From positions 142,308 to 206,307 of the IMG/VR virus record IMGVR_UViG_2609460327_000001: a DNA stretch of 64,000 nt; one strand, 5' to 3'. Below the pieces are notes generated by a model. That model saw only the letters and a program-made list of their open reading frames with translations, was not told where the DNA came from and ran no database searches. Of this stretch, positions 57,201 to 64,000 are shown one piece after another. The translations under genes were made by a program, and so were the position numbers. This stretch comes from a virus. Taxonomy: Duplodnaviria; Caudoviricetes. The first letter of the stretch is position 1. Each line of letters opens with the position of its first letter.

Positions 57201-57660
57201 ATCCGACAACCGCAATCTCTTATTGCGCAGATATTTCGAATACCGCGGCGAAGAGTTTGAACATATGCCATCCAAAACAACGAAGAAGGACATTATCGCC
57301 TATGAGCGTGAAATGCTCGGCACAAATGTAAGCATTCGTTCTCGGTGGGATAGCATTGAAGATGGCAGAGAGAATATCACGTTCACCGGCTACATTATAG
57401 AGTCTAAGCCTTTCACAGCCAAGAGTAGCGGCAAGGTAACAGGTAAGGCGAAGATAGAGACGGCAGAGGATGAATTGAGTCTAGTCATCTTCAATAAGAT
57501 ATGGAGCAAGAATGCAGATGACTTCATTATCGGACGCAAGATTAAAGTCGTCGGCAAACGAAGCGGTTCAGATCTCATCGTAGATAAAATTACGTACATG
57601 GATCATGCCGAACAATCGGAAGAGGAAATAATGAATCAGTTCCAGGTGGAATTTAGCTAA
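54205..57660 (+). CDS. dnaE: DNA polymerase III alpha subunit
   Basis: PHP motifs HLHVH..YSELDG and TDHG; GPGRGSAAGS, PDIDVD, HAGG, KFDIL and FNYAHS. Confidence 0.95.
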   Translation: MINHLHVHCEYSELDGLSTVKDLVKRAKEIGSSALAITDHGVCGAIPDFITACKEEGIKPIPGCEAYMTKNRHLKSDFHKASKAIFLEKYGIKDKAWKAFRKAVRNNPDNFMLEARELLKDYIMREDLKSMASGSEEELDLFGFGMMEEEKPLVVGFSPDDALEDFRKEFYELIKHDNFHIVLMATNQQGLEDLYEIISDAHISGFYSNPRTDLAFIRDRGLGKHIIATSACLGSYLARFALAGDLAECRSFIQECKDTFHSFYLEKQATRIPEQIRLNEIIDQLALETNTPKIVTTDVHYANKDDRDIHDILVASSMNKCIHDNDRLIYAHEFWMKSEDEIREIINDDEAIENTLRIAELVDVDLPKDPLFPKYIVDENDTAEEQLEKLAWNRLFTYTLKTPIDLEQYSQQLQYELSVINPLGFADYFLIVSDYINWAKENGFEVGPGRGSAAGSLVAFVIGITTIDPIKWDLMFERFLNPERAGYPDIDVDFSYEGARAVQEYMKQKYGDLNVAQIGTYGTLAGRSVIRAVGKALGYSAQDQDRFAKSIPETPGITLDKYINKNGKEVDGAYQISPETRMYADRYPEWWQAAKALEGHVRSAGVHAGGIVLSPKPLTNTVPLRLDKEGLTTTQYDMEWIEKFLVKFDILKLSTLDLIKKTKQNAGIMDLDLNTIDFNDPKIYEEIYNKLNLSGIFQCESDLFRGIIKDMEPSNVEDISVIVALGRPGPLDLIPSYIRRKKGQERVTYPFDSLEPVLGKTYGIWVYQEQIMKASMILGGFTTGQSDILRKAISKKNHALMEEWINYMIYGSAEKDAELIAKGKEPLNIPGAISLGYDEATLLKIKEDWIKFGDYCFNYAHSACYAVLSVMTAYLKAYYPTEFMAALMTISEGKLKDGVPRNVAYMKECEEMGISILPPDINYSNDSWTPINAQEGEEGLGKILYGLASIAGVSSKDLDVITECRPFKEFDDFLLANRTMKLNKTKTSNLIKSGSFDTISDNRNLLLRRYFEYRGEEFEHMPSKTTKKDIIAYEREMLGTNVSIRSRWDSIEDGRENITFTGYIIESKPFTAKSSGKVTGKAKIETAEDELSLVIFNKIWSKNADDFIIGRKIKVVGKRSGSDLIVDKITYMDHAEQSEEEIMNQFQVEFS

Positions 57661-57678
57661 TAAGAGGAGGAGTCATCT

Positions 57679-58023
57679 GTGAATCTCATGGAAGTCTATT
57701 TAGATCAAACTGTCGAGAGCTTTATGCTCTGGATAGTAAATAAAAGGAAGCAAACCGTATCTCTGACGGTGTCACGATTAGAGGAGTTTAGGCCCCATCC
57801 GGACTATTCAGATGTAACACAGGGCAAAGTCATTATTGAAGAGTGGGTCATGGAAGAACTTAAAGACGATCCATCTATGGATGGATGGGAAGATCGCATG
57901 CGTGTTTTGATGATGAAATTCATAGGCGGGGGAGAGCGGGCATATCAAATTGTCTATCATAGGCTTGGCCGGCAAATGGACGGTAGCTGGCTGCTCACAT
58001 TCAATTGTAAGGAATACGAATAA
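57679..58023 (+). CDS. Protein with MNLMEVY leader
   Basis: GTG start after gaggaggag. Confidence 0.65.
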   Translation: MNLMEVYLDQTVESFMLWIVNKRKQTVSLTVSRLEEFRPHPDYSDVTQGKVIIEEWVMEELKDDPSMDGWEDRMRVLMMKFIGGGERAYQIVYHRLGRQMDGSWLLTFNCKEYE

Positions 58024-58475
58024 TGGAATTGATGAGCACTTATCTAAAAAGAGATCTGGATGTATATAAATGGCTATTCTCTATGAAGCTGAATGTTCCT
58101 GAAAGTGAAAAGCATTGGCATGAAGAAAACATGGCGCTTATTTATAATCCAATGACGGATGAAATTATTAAAGGCTATGCTACTTCTGTAAAGATCGAGA
58201 AACTTAATGATCACATATATTCAAATACGACTGGCTCGTTTGATATGCACTTGCGTCCTTCGAGTGCATTCACAACTTCAAGAGTAATCGCAAGCATACC
58301 TTTTACATTTAGCAATTTAAAAGATATGAGAAAATTTATAGAGTGGCAAGATAGAACCTCCATTGAAATACTTACTAAGCAGCATTTCATAAGAGGAATC
58401 ATTGTTGGCACGCTCGTCTTTGATGGATCCATTTATACCGACCTTGAGGCAGTTCATATTGAGACAAAAGTATAA
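58023..58475 (+). CDS. Protein with MELMSTY leader
   Basis: TAATG overlap. Confidence 0.65.
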   Translation: MELMSTYLKRDLDVYKWLFSMKLNVPESEKHWHEENMALIYNPMTDEIIKGYATSVKIEKLNDHIYSNTTGSFDMHLRPSSAFTTSRVIASIPFTFSNLKDMRKFIEWQDRTSIEILTKQHFIRGIIVGTLVFDGSIYTDLEAVHIETKV

Positions 58476-58505
58476 TGACATGTCGAATTTATGATAAATA
58501 AGTAG

Positions 58506-58531
58506 TATAATCAAAAATGTAATGCATTACA
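58506..58531 (+). promoter_or_regulatory. -10 TATAAT followed by perfect operator TGTAATGCATTACA
   Basis: -10 at 58506-58511, operator at 58518-58531. Confidence 0.75.
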
Positions 58532-58557
58532 TTATAACTAAAAAGGAGTGAGGCTCA

Positions 58558-59553
58558 ATGTTGAGCAAAAGCGAATTTATTGCAGCTGCCTTGAAACAAT
58601 ATGTGGTTGTCCTAGATGATGGCCACGGTATGCAGACAATTGGCAAGCGCACACCGATCTTCCCTGCAGGAAGCGGGATGAAGAGCGAAACGGGCAACTT
58701 CATGCATGAGAACGAATTTAATCGCGCTGTTGTGAAGTATGCAAAGGATCATCTGGAGCGCTGTGGTATCAAAGTTATTGAGTCAGCTGCAGGTGATGGC
58801 GATGTTCCGCTGGCTACACGTTCTTGGATTGCACGCAATGCTAAAGCAGATGTATTCGTAAGCGTTCATGCTAATGCTAATAATGGCAAATGGAATAGCG
58901 CTAAAGGGGTAGAGACTTATTATCAAACAGGCGCTGGATCTGACAGCATCAAGCTTGCAAATATCATGCAAAAGCATCTGTTGATGGGAACGAAACAATC
59001 CAGTCGTGGCGTTAAATCGAACAGCTATCAAGTTCTTCGTGAGACTCACGAGCATATGGCTTCCGTCCTAATCGAATGCGGCTTCATGGATAACCTCGAA
59101 GAAGCAAAGTTGCTCATTGATGATAACTACCGACGCGAAACCGGTAAAGAAGTAGCCCAAGCTATATGCGAATATCTTGGTGTTACATTTATTGAGAATA
59201 CGGCAGTAGGTGGTATCTCTACTTCTAAGAAAGAAGAAGAGGCATCTAAATACCCACCAGCAACTGTTGTAGTAGAAAAAGAAAATGGGTCTCTTCGACC
59301 TCTCTCAACACCTGGATTTATTAACAAAGGCACTTCATATGTTCCGGTGAAAGCTGTATCTATTGTTGCCGGTAAGTCTGTTGGATTTGATAACAAAACA
59401 AAGAAAGCATCAATAAACGAAGTCGTACTTGATAATACGATTGTTGAAAATGGTGTGGCTTATGCGCCTTCCAGAGATGTTGCAGCTGCGATCGGCATGA
59501 TTGCTCAGTGGAGCCAATCTATATCACAAGTTAAATTTGTTTTTGGTGAATAG
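58558..59553 (+). CDS. N-acetylmuramoyl-L-alanine amidase (Amidase_3) with copper-amine-oxidase-N-like wall-binding tail; probable endolysin
   Basis: LDDGHG, HENEFN, FVSVHANA and VLIECGFM; SYVPVKAVS tail. Confidence 0.9.
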   Translation: MLSKSEFIAAALKQYVVVLDDGHGMQTIGKRTPIFPAGSGMKSETGNFMHENEFNRAVVKYAKDHLERCGIKVIESAAGDGDVPLATRSWIARNAKADVFVSVHANANNGKWNSAKGVETYYQTGAGSDSIKLANIMQKHLLMGTKQSSRGVKSNSYQVLRETHEHMASVLIECGFMDNLEEAKLLIDDNYRRETGKEVAQAICEYLGVTFIENTAVGGISTSKKEEEASKYPPATVVVEKENGSLRPLSTPGFINKGTSYVPVKAVSIVAGKSVGFDNKTKKASINEVVLDNTIVENGVAYAPSRDVAAAIGMIAQWSQSISQVKFVFGE

Positions 59554-59637
59554 CATGGCTATGACCACCGGCACGGCTATCCTTATTCCAGGGAAGAAGA
59601 AAGGCAGCCTAAAAAGAAAGTAGCAGGACACTGTGAG

Positions 59638-59946
59638 GTGAGCCTGATGAAGAAGGACTTTGTTCATTACGAGCCTAGGGACATTGCTGCTGTCGTTTGT
59701 CCATTGCATCCACTTGAAGGGATGATCGGTACGATCTATGAAGCTTCAAATGAGAAGATGAGATATCTCGTCCGATTTGATGATGGAATATCTGATAGCT
59801 TCTCTTGGAACCAGATTAAACATCACCGATCGGAGGATGACCTCGATGCATTGATCGACCTTTCATTGACCCTTGGTGAAGCAGGGGTGGATCTGTTTGA
59901 AGACTGGAGCACGGAGAAGATTCTTCGATTCCATAGGCCAAATTAG
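59638..59946 (+). CDS. Small protein with IDEAL-like C-terminus
   Basis: LIDLSLTLG....LFEDWS. Confidence 0.55.
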   Translation: MSLMKKDFVHYEPRDIAAVVCPLHPLEGMIGTIYEASNEKMRYLVRFDDGISDSFSWNQIKHHRSEDDLDALIDLSLTLGEAGVDLFEDWSTEKILRFHRPN

Positions 59947-59966
59947 CACAGGGGGAGATACAGGGG

Positions 59967-60242
59967 ATGGATACACGCGATTCAAGGGAGCTTACACGTT
60001 TTGCCTTTGGTGAGCCGGAAAATACTCAGGACGAATATAACGAATGGGGCTATCCAAAGGAAATCGATGAAATGTTGGTTGCCGAGACCAGGGAAGAAAG
60101 GCGATCAATTGCAAAAGCATGGCGCAAGTTTAATGGCATTGAAGATGTTGAGAATCGTCGTGCAGCTGAGAAGAAGAAAAAAGATAAGAGCAAGAAGCAG
60201 TCTGCTCATGCTAAAGCATCAAGAAAGAAAAATAGAAAGTAA
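59967..60242 (+). CDS. Hypothetical protein with basic C-terminus
   Basis: 91-aa ORF with RBS. Confidence 0.55.
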   Translation: MDTRDSRELTRFAFGEPENTQDEYNEWGYPKEIDEMLVAETREERRSIAKAWRKFNGIEDVENRRAAEKKKKDKSKKQSAHAKASRKKNRK

Positions 60243-60296
60243 CCTCTGAGAGAGGTTGCTGTCATCTGCCCAGCCGCTGAAGAAGGAGTTATCAGT

Positions 60297-60512
60297 ATGG
60301 AGATTAGCAAAACGTTGATCAATCGCATTCGAATTTTAATCATGGTTGGCATATTTATTGCCGTTTACCACTTCATCGATCCGATGTGGGCTTTCGGTTT
60401 TGCCTTATATTGCATCTTGGTAGATATTGCCGATCTGAATGAAGACATGGATGAGTTAACGGAGGAAAGAAAAACATGGAAGAGTTTCTTAACCAATCGA
60501 AAGGGTTTCTAG
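60297..60512 (+). CDS. Small membrane protein
   Basis: RBS aaggag, two hydrophobic segments. Confidence 0.6.
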   Translation: MEISKTLINRIRILIMVGIFIAVYHFIDPMWAFGFALYCILVDIADLNEDMDELTEERKTWKSFLTNRKGF

Positions 60513-60706
60513 GAATCCTGCAAAGCATGCTTACGGACAAAGAAAAGGAAAACTCAGCTGAAGCAGCTGACTTGATGTTCGAAGAGATCCGTAAGATATC
60601 AGAAGACAAAGAATTAAACATTAGGGAAATGATGAATGCTGCACTCGCTGTCCAGGCAGAAATACTGCAGCTCGTTATAGAAAAGACAGAAGAGATGAAA
60701 GGGTAG
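60476..60706 (+). CDS. Hypothetical protein
   Basis: RBS ggagg, 76 aa. Confidence 0.55.
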   Translation: MEEFLNQSKGFLGILQSMLTDKEKENSAEAADLMFEEIRKISEDKELNIREMMNAALAVQAEILQLVIEKTEEMKG

Positions 60707-60712
60707 AGTGAT

Positions 60713-61330
60713 ATGAAGAAAATGTTCATCATAGCCCTTGAGGGACTTGATAAGAGTGGGAAAGCCACTCAAGCAAAGCTGCTTACTGAAGCATTGCGGG
60801 AGAAAGGTCTCAAGGTAGAGCAGAGTGAGTTTCATCGGTATGATACGCCAACCGGAGAGCTCATCGCAAAATGGCTTCGTAAGGAATACCCTGTTAGCCA
60901 AGCTACTATCGAGCTGATCATGGCAGCCGATAAGCATGCTCAACAAGAATACTTCAATGAACTAGAAGCTGCCGGTGTAGATGTACTAATCCTAGATCGC
61001 TATACTCTAAGTCAATTTGTTTATGGCATAGTGAATGAAATGCCATATGATTGGTGCGAAAAGCTTCAGGAGCTTTTACGTAAGCCAGATATGGATATTG
61101 TTATTGAAATTCCACCAGAGCTCAGCATGGAGCGAAAAGGAAAGCATAATGGCGGTGTTAATGATCGTTATGAATCTGATCTTAATTTGCTTCATCAAGT
61201 TAGCTTTGCCTATCGAATCTTCAGAAGAAAAGATCATCCAATTATAGATGGAAATGCGCCGATCGAGGATGTTCATGAAGAAATTAAGAAGGAAGTCATC
61301 GCAAGACTTAAAGACGAGGACATCCTATAA
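60713..61330 (+). CDS. tmk: Thymidylate kinase
   Basis: P-loop EGLDKSGKATQ, ILDRY and DRYE motifs. Confidence 0.9.
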   Translation: MKKMFIIALEGLDKSGKATQAKLLTEALREKGLKVEQSEFHRYDTPTGELIAKWLRKEYPVSQATIELIMAADKHAQQEYFNELEAAGVDVLILDRYTLSQFVYGIVNEMPYDWCEKLQELLRKPDMDIVIEIPPELSMERKGKHNGGVNDRYESDLNLLHQVSFAYRIFRRKDHPIIDGNAPIEDVHEEIKKEVIARLKDEDIL

Positions 61331-61335
61331 TACTA

Positions 61336-61360
61336 AGCCACCAGCAATGGTGGTTTTTTT
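61336..61360 (+). terminator. Intrinsic terminator
   Basis: gccacca-gcaa-tggtggt followed by a T run. Confidence 0.8.
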
Positions 61361-61501
61361 CTTCCGCCGATAGGCGGCAAAGGGAGAGGGGCAGCTAAAA
61401 AAGGTTTGACGCCGAGAGGTAGAATGTGGCATGATTGCTTCTTTTAACATTGGATGTCTTTCTATTATGAATTTTTCATACACTGAAATAATTATATGTA
61501 T

Positions 61502-61525
61502 TGTAATGCATTACATTTCATTATA
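61502..61525 (-). promoter_or_regulatory. Leftward -10 TATAAT followed by perfect operator TGTAATGCATTACA
   Basis: attata at 61520-61525 on the + strand, operator at 61502-61515. Confidence 0.65.
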
Positions 61526-61596
61526 TACTAGCTATAGGAACAAATGACCTTTTTTCCTGCTCCTTGATTTTTCTCTCTTTGACTTATTTTCCCTAT

Positions 61597-61627
61597 AAAA
61601 AAGCCTGCCGTGTTGGCAGGTTTTTTT
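61597..61627. terminator. Bidirectional intrinsic terminator
   Basis: aaaaaa-gcctgcc-gtgtt-ggcaggt-tttttt. Confidence 0.8.
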
Positions 61628-61898
61628 AGTGCAGATTAAATTTCATATTTCGTATTTCAGATGATATATTTTTGCAAGCCTCTGCTATTGACCTAGTGAT
61701 AATAGAAGATGAGTGCACTTTTACGGTAGCCTTTAACTTGTCACCATCAAGATAAGGCAGAATTATTCTTCCTATTACATTGTACTGATCGTCTCGCAAA
61801 TTCGTGTCAGTCTGTAGTCGTTCAATGATGATTTGCTTTTGCAAATCTGTGTGATCGGTTAAGTCAGCAATCTCCATTTGAACTACCATATCATTCAT
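61626..61898 (-). CDS. Hypothetical protein
   Basis: 90 aa, coupled to the upstream gene, RBS ggagg. Confidence 0.6.
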   Translation of the reverse strand: MNDMVVQMEIADLTDHTDLQKQIIIERLQTDTNLRDDQYNVIGRIILPYLDGDKLKATVKVHSSSIITRSIAEACKNISSEIRNMKFNLH

Positions 61899-62050
61899 TA
61901 ACGATTTTCCTCCTTGGCTTCTTCGTCAGAGTACCAATCAGATTCAATGCCTTCTTCTTTAAGATTGCTAATAAAAGTATCTCGCTCTGAAGGAGTTTTG
62001 AATCCTCTATCTTGGACTTGATCATTTTCAACCCAGGTTACAATGTACAT
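61898..62050 (-). CDS. Small acidic protein (MYIVTWVEND)
   Basis: ATG after agggga. Confidence 0.5.
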   Translation of the reverse strand: MYIVTWVENDQVQDRGFKTPSERDTFISNLKEEGIESDWYSDEEAKEENR

Positions 62051-62063
62051 GCAGCTCAATCCC

Positions 62064-62612
62064 CTATCTTGATGTATTGACGTGCTTCCAAATAAAAGTG
62101 GTGGCATCTTCCGCTGGAATAGACCATTCGCTCTTGATCTTCCGCCCATGAAGCCTCTTGGTATTTATGGCTTTTACTATACCAGCCGGTGTAAGGCCAG
62201 TCATAAGCGCCAATTGTTTTGCTGTGATCGGTTCGCCAGCATCTAGTGTAATTCTTATGTAGGTGCATCTTACAAACCTTCCGATCAAGGTTTTTTCCCA
62301 CTTTAGCCAGTCGATAGTAAAGAATGTTTCATTCAGAAAGTTGTTCTCCCAAATTAGAGAGCAGATACTTTCTAGCATGCTTACTATGTCTTGCGGCATT
62401 TCTCTTTGACCGATCATATAGAGATAGATCTCTCGTATTTGTGCTGCAAGAGGATAAGGATATTGAACACCCTCTACAGTAACCGGCGTGGGCATTAAAT
62501 GCAGCCCAGGGCAATACAGATTCAATTTTGCATGGAGCGCCTGGAACTTTTGGTCGATCTCTACGATCATCTCTCCGTAGTATTTTTCGTCTAAGCCTTT
62601 GACATATTTCAT
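62064..62612 (-). CDS. HTH DNA-binding protein (excisionase/MerR-like C-terminal HTH)
   Basis: ITAKQLALMTGLTPAGIVKAINTKRLHGRKIKSEWSI. Start MKYVKG lies downstream of a TTGACA-17-TATACT promoter. Confidence 0.7.
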   Translation of the reverse strand: MKYVKGLDEKYYGEMIVEIDQKFQALHAKLNLYCPGLHLMPTPVTVEGVQYPYPLAAQIREIYLYMIGQREMPQDIVSMLESICSLIWENNFLNETFFTIDWLKWEKTLIGRFVRCTYIRITLDAGEPITAKQLALMTGLTPAGIVKAINTKRLHGRKIKSEWSIPAEDATTFIWKHVNTSR

Positions 62613-62643
62613 AATGACCACCCAACATCCATTTGTTGGGTTT

Positions 62644-62672
62644 AGTATATTATACCAAACTTTTAGTGTCAA
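62644..62672 (-). promoter_or_regulatory. SigmaA promoter TTGACA-17-TATACT for the leftward operon
   Basis: Reverse complement reads ttgaca ctaaaagtttggtataa tatact; inverted repeat cccaaca/tgttggg just downstream. Confidence 0.7.
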
Positions 62673-62749
62673 GTCGTTGTCAAATCATACCTTGGTGATA
62701 AAAGTACTGGGGGAGTTTCCAAAGTCTAAGAATGTATGTTAATATCAAT

Positions 62750-62875
62750 AAAAGGAAAAAGCCACCCGTGGTCAGGTGGCTTAAAGGTTCCTGCTATACC
62801 TAGACTTTAGTGTCATGGCTCCTTGAAAATTGAGAGAATCATCAGAGAGATATAGAGGAATATGATTTTTACGTT
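62750..62875 (-). ncRNA. Predicted antisense countertranscript RNA to the rep leader (about 125 nt)
   Basis: Minus-strand promoter TTGACA (62910-62905)-17-TATACT (62887-62882) and minus-strand terminator hairpin at 62759-62782 with U tail. Confidence 0.7.
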
Positions 62876-62932
62876 AGGTCTAGTATATCGGAGCCTCCTA
62901 TTCCTGTCAATTACTTGAGGAGGTCTTTGAAG

Positions 62933-63907
62933 ATGGGCGACAGCACGAATAACATACATTATTTCCGTTATGAAAAGACGGGTAATAAGGTGCAACGAAT
63001 AAGAAAAGTTAACGGGGAGAATATTGAAGAAATGGTCGAAGAGACGAGGAAGATCTATTACACCGAAAAAGATGTCACTAGTTATTCGCTCGAGAACTTG
63101 GGTCTTTCACTGCCCTACACACCAGGCAACAAAACCACCGTTCATAACTACTTAATCAAATTTTGGCAATACTTTCTTGGGCCAGAAGCAACCATGACCT
63201 ACATAAATTATCTGAGCCTTTCGTTCAATGAATCAATCCCGCATATGTCTCAAGAGCATATGGCAGAGATGATGGGGATCAGTCGCGTTACCCTGATTAA
63301 ATACTTAAATAAGCTTGAAGACTACGGTTTTGTTATGCGCTTTTGGGCAGAAAGCAAAAAGAAAAAAGGCATGAACGATAGTACTCGAGTGAAGGTAAGG
63401 CAGACTGTTCCTTTTCTGAGCGAAGTGGAGCTGAAGCAGCTGCCGGATTGGCTACTTCTTCAGCACAATCGTTTCATGGAAAAACTTTTTGAATCGAACG
63501 ACATTATGCTTCCTGAGAATAATGACCATGAAGATGAGATCAAGAAGCTGCATGAAAAAGGGAGATCTAGAACTCCTGGGACAATTGAAATTACCGCACC
63601 GCTGGAAGTACGAATCAATAAAAAGCGCGAAGAGCTACTTCTAAATCGAACCCCTGAAGACATACGAGTATGGAGCGAGATAGAAGATTTTCTGAAGCGA
63701 TCTATAAGTGCCGTAACATTTGGGACGTGGTTCAAAGAAACTTTTGGTTTCTTTGAAGACAACAAATTAATTGTACTTGCTCCGGTTCCATTCGCAGCAG
63801 AATGGATTGATTTTCACCACTCGAAACAAATACTGAACATCTTCAGAGCTTTGACGAACAATGATGACGCAATCATTTGTGTTACTACAGCAGAAAAATT
63901 CTTATAA
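62933..63907 (+). CDS. Replication initiator: winged HTH plus C-terminal DnaA domain-I-like region
   Basis: RBS gaggagg; SQEHMAEMMGISRVTLIKYLNKLEDYGFV; ISAVTFGTWFKET...LIVLAPVPFAAEWI. Confidence 0.75.
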   Translation: MGDSTNNIHYFRYEKTGNKVQRIRKVNGENIEEMVEETRKIYYTEKDVTSYSLENLGLSLPYTPGNKTTVHNYLIKFWQYFLGPEATMTYINYLSLSFNESIPHMSQEHMAEMMGISRVTLIKYLNKLEDYGFVMRFWAESKKKKGMNDSTRVKVRQTVPFLSEVELKQLPDWLLLQHNRFMEKLFESNDIMLPENNDHEDEIKKLHEKGRSRTPGTIEITAPLEVRINKKREELLLNRTPEDIRVWSEIEDFLKRSISAVTFGTWFKETFGFFEDNKLIVLAPVPFAAEWIDFHHSKQILNIFRALTNNDDAIICVTTAEKFL

Positions 63908-63913
63908 AAAGAG

Positions 63914-63943
63914 AGCAGAGGGAGACATCCTTCTGCTTTTTTT
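63914..63943 (+). terminator. Intrinsic terminator
   Basis: agcagaggga/tccttctgct followed by a T run. Confidence 0.8.
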
Positions 63944-63949
63944 ATTAAA

Positions 63950-64000
63950 AAGATATCCACAGATTTTGTGATTAACTCTTACGTTAAAATATATATATAT
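63950..64000. other. Possible start of a replication origin (DnaA-box-like sites plus AT repeat)
   Basis: atatccaca (63953-63961), inverted tgtgattaa (63967-63975), then an (at)n run at the window edge. Confidence 0.4.

Noticed and set aside
13371-58043. MELM leader as a DNA recombination site or an internal RBS artefact
   Set aside because: The nucleotide sequence varies at synonymous positions, GGAG is absent from many copies and too close to the second ATG, and the Tyr is conserved.
7-61276. Many short minus-strand and out-of-frame ORFs in the track (e.g. 15483-16172, 33953-34717)
   Set aside because: They lie opposite or inside long, well-supported + strand genes, with no RBS or recognisable motifs, so they are shadow ORFs.
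12239-61515. Recurrent palindrome read as CRISPR repeats, parS or CcpA cre sites
   Set aside because: Copies are dispersed rather than arrayed with spacers. The sequence does not match the 16-bp parS consensus. The centre is GC rather than the cre CG, although CcpA binding is not formally excluded.
1-64000. tRNA, rRNA, integrase, transposase, reverse transcriptase or DGR elements
   Set aside because: None recognisable by eye; a tRNAscan or Infernal run would be needed to exclude small RNAs fully.

Overview
This 64-kb window looks like part of a large Bacillota phage, probably Paenibacillus-infecting and probably a phage-plasmid. Almost all genes are on the + strand. Positions 1-30258 form a virion and lysis module. 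It has giant multidomain proteins (PA14, thrombospondin-C-like, vWA, HExxH peptidase, PKD/Ig and discoidin domains), a paralogous coiled-coil plus discoidin family, and two holins. Positions 30436-61330 hold recombination, replication and nucleotide-metabolism genes (Rad52-like SSAP, AEP primase, DnaB, NrdI/NrdA/NrdB, MazG-like NTPase, RusA, sigma factor, Cas4-like nucleases, DnaE, Tmk), accessory genes (Tad2, RemA, subtilase, amidase) and many small ORFs. Positions 61626-64000 hold a small leftward operon and a plasmid-type Rep gene with a predicted antisense control RNA and a likely origin. Five observations stand out. (1) At least 11 unrelated proteins begin with the same peptide M-(T)-E-L-M-x-x-Y, conserved at protein rather than DNA level. 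(2) A 14-bp palindrome TGTAA-YGCR-TTACA occurs at nine intergenic sites, several directly after sigmaA -10 boxes. (3) The Rep leader has countertranscript and anti-SD logic. (4) A switch-like structured RNA lies between primase and helicase. (5) The giant virion proteins show nested domain insertions and a gene-boundary split. All assignments come from reading motifs by eye; no searches were run.
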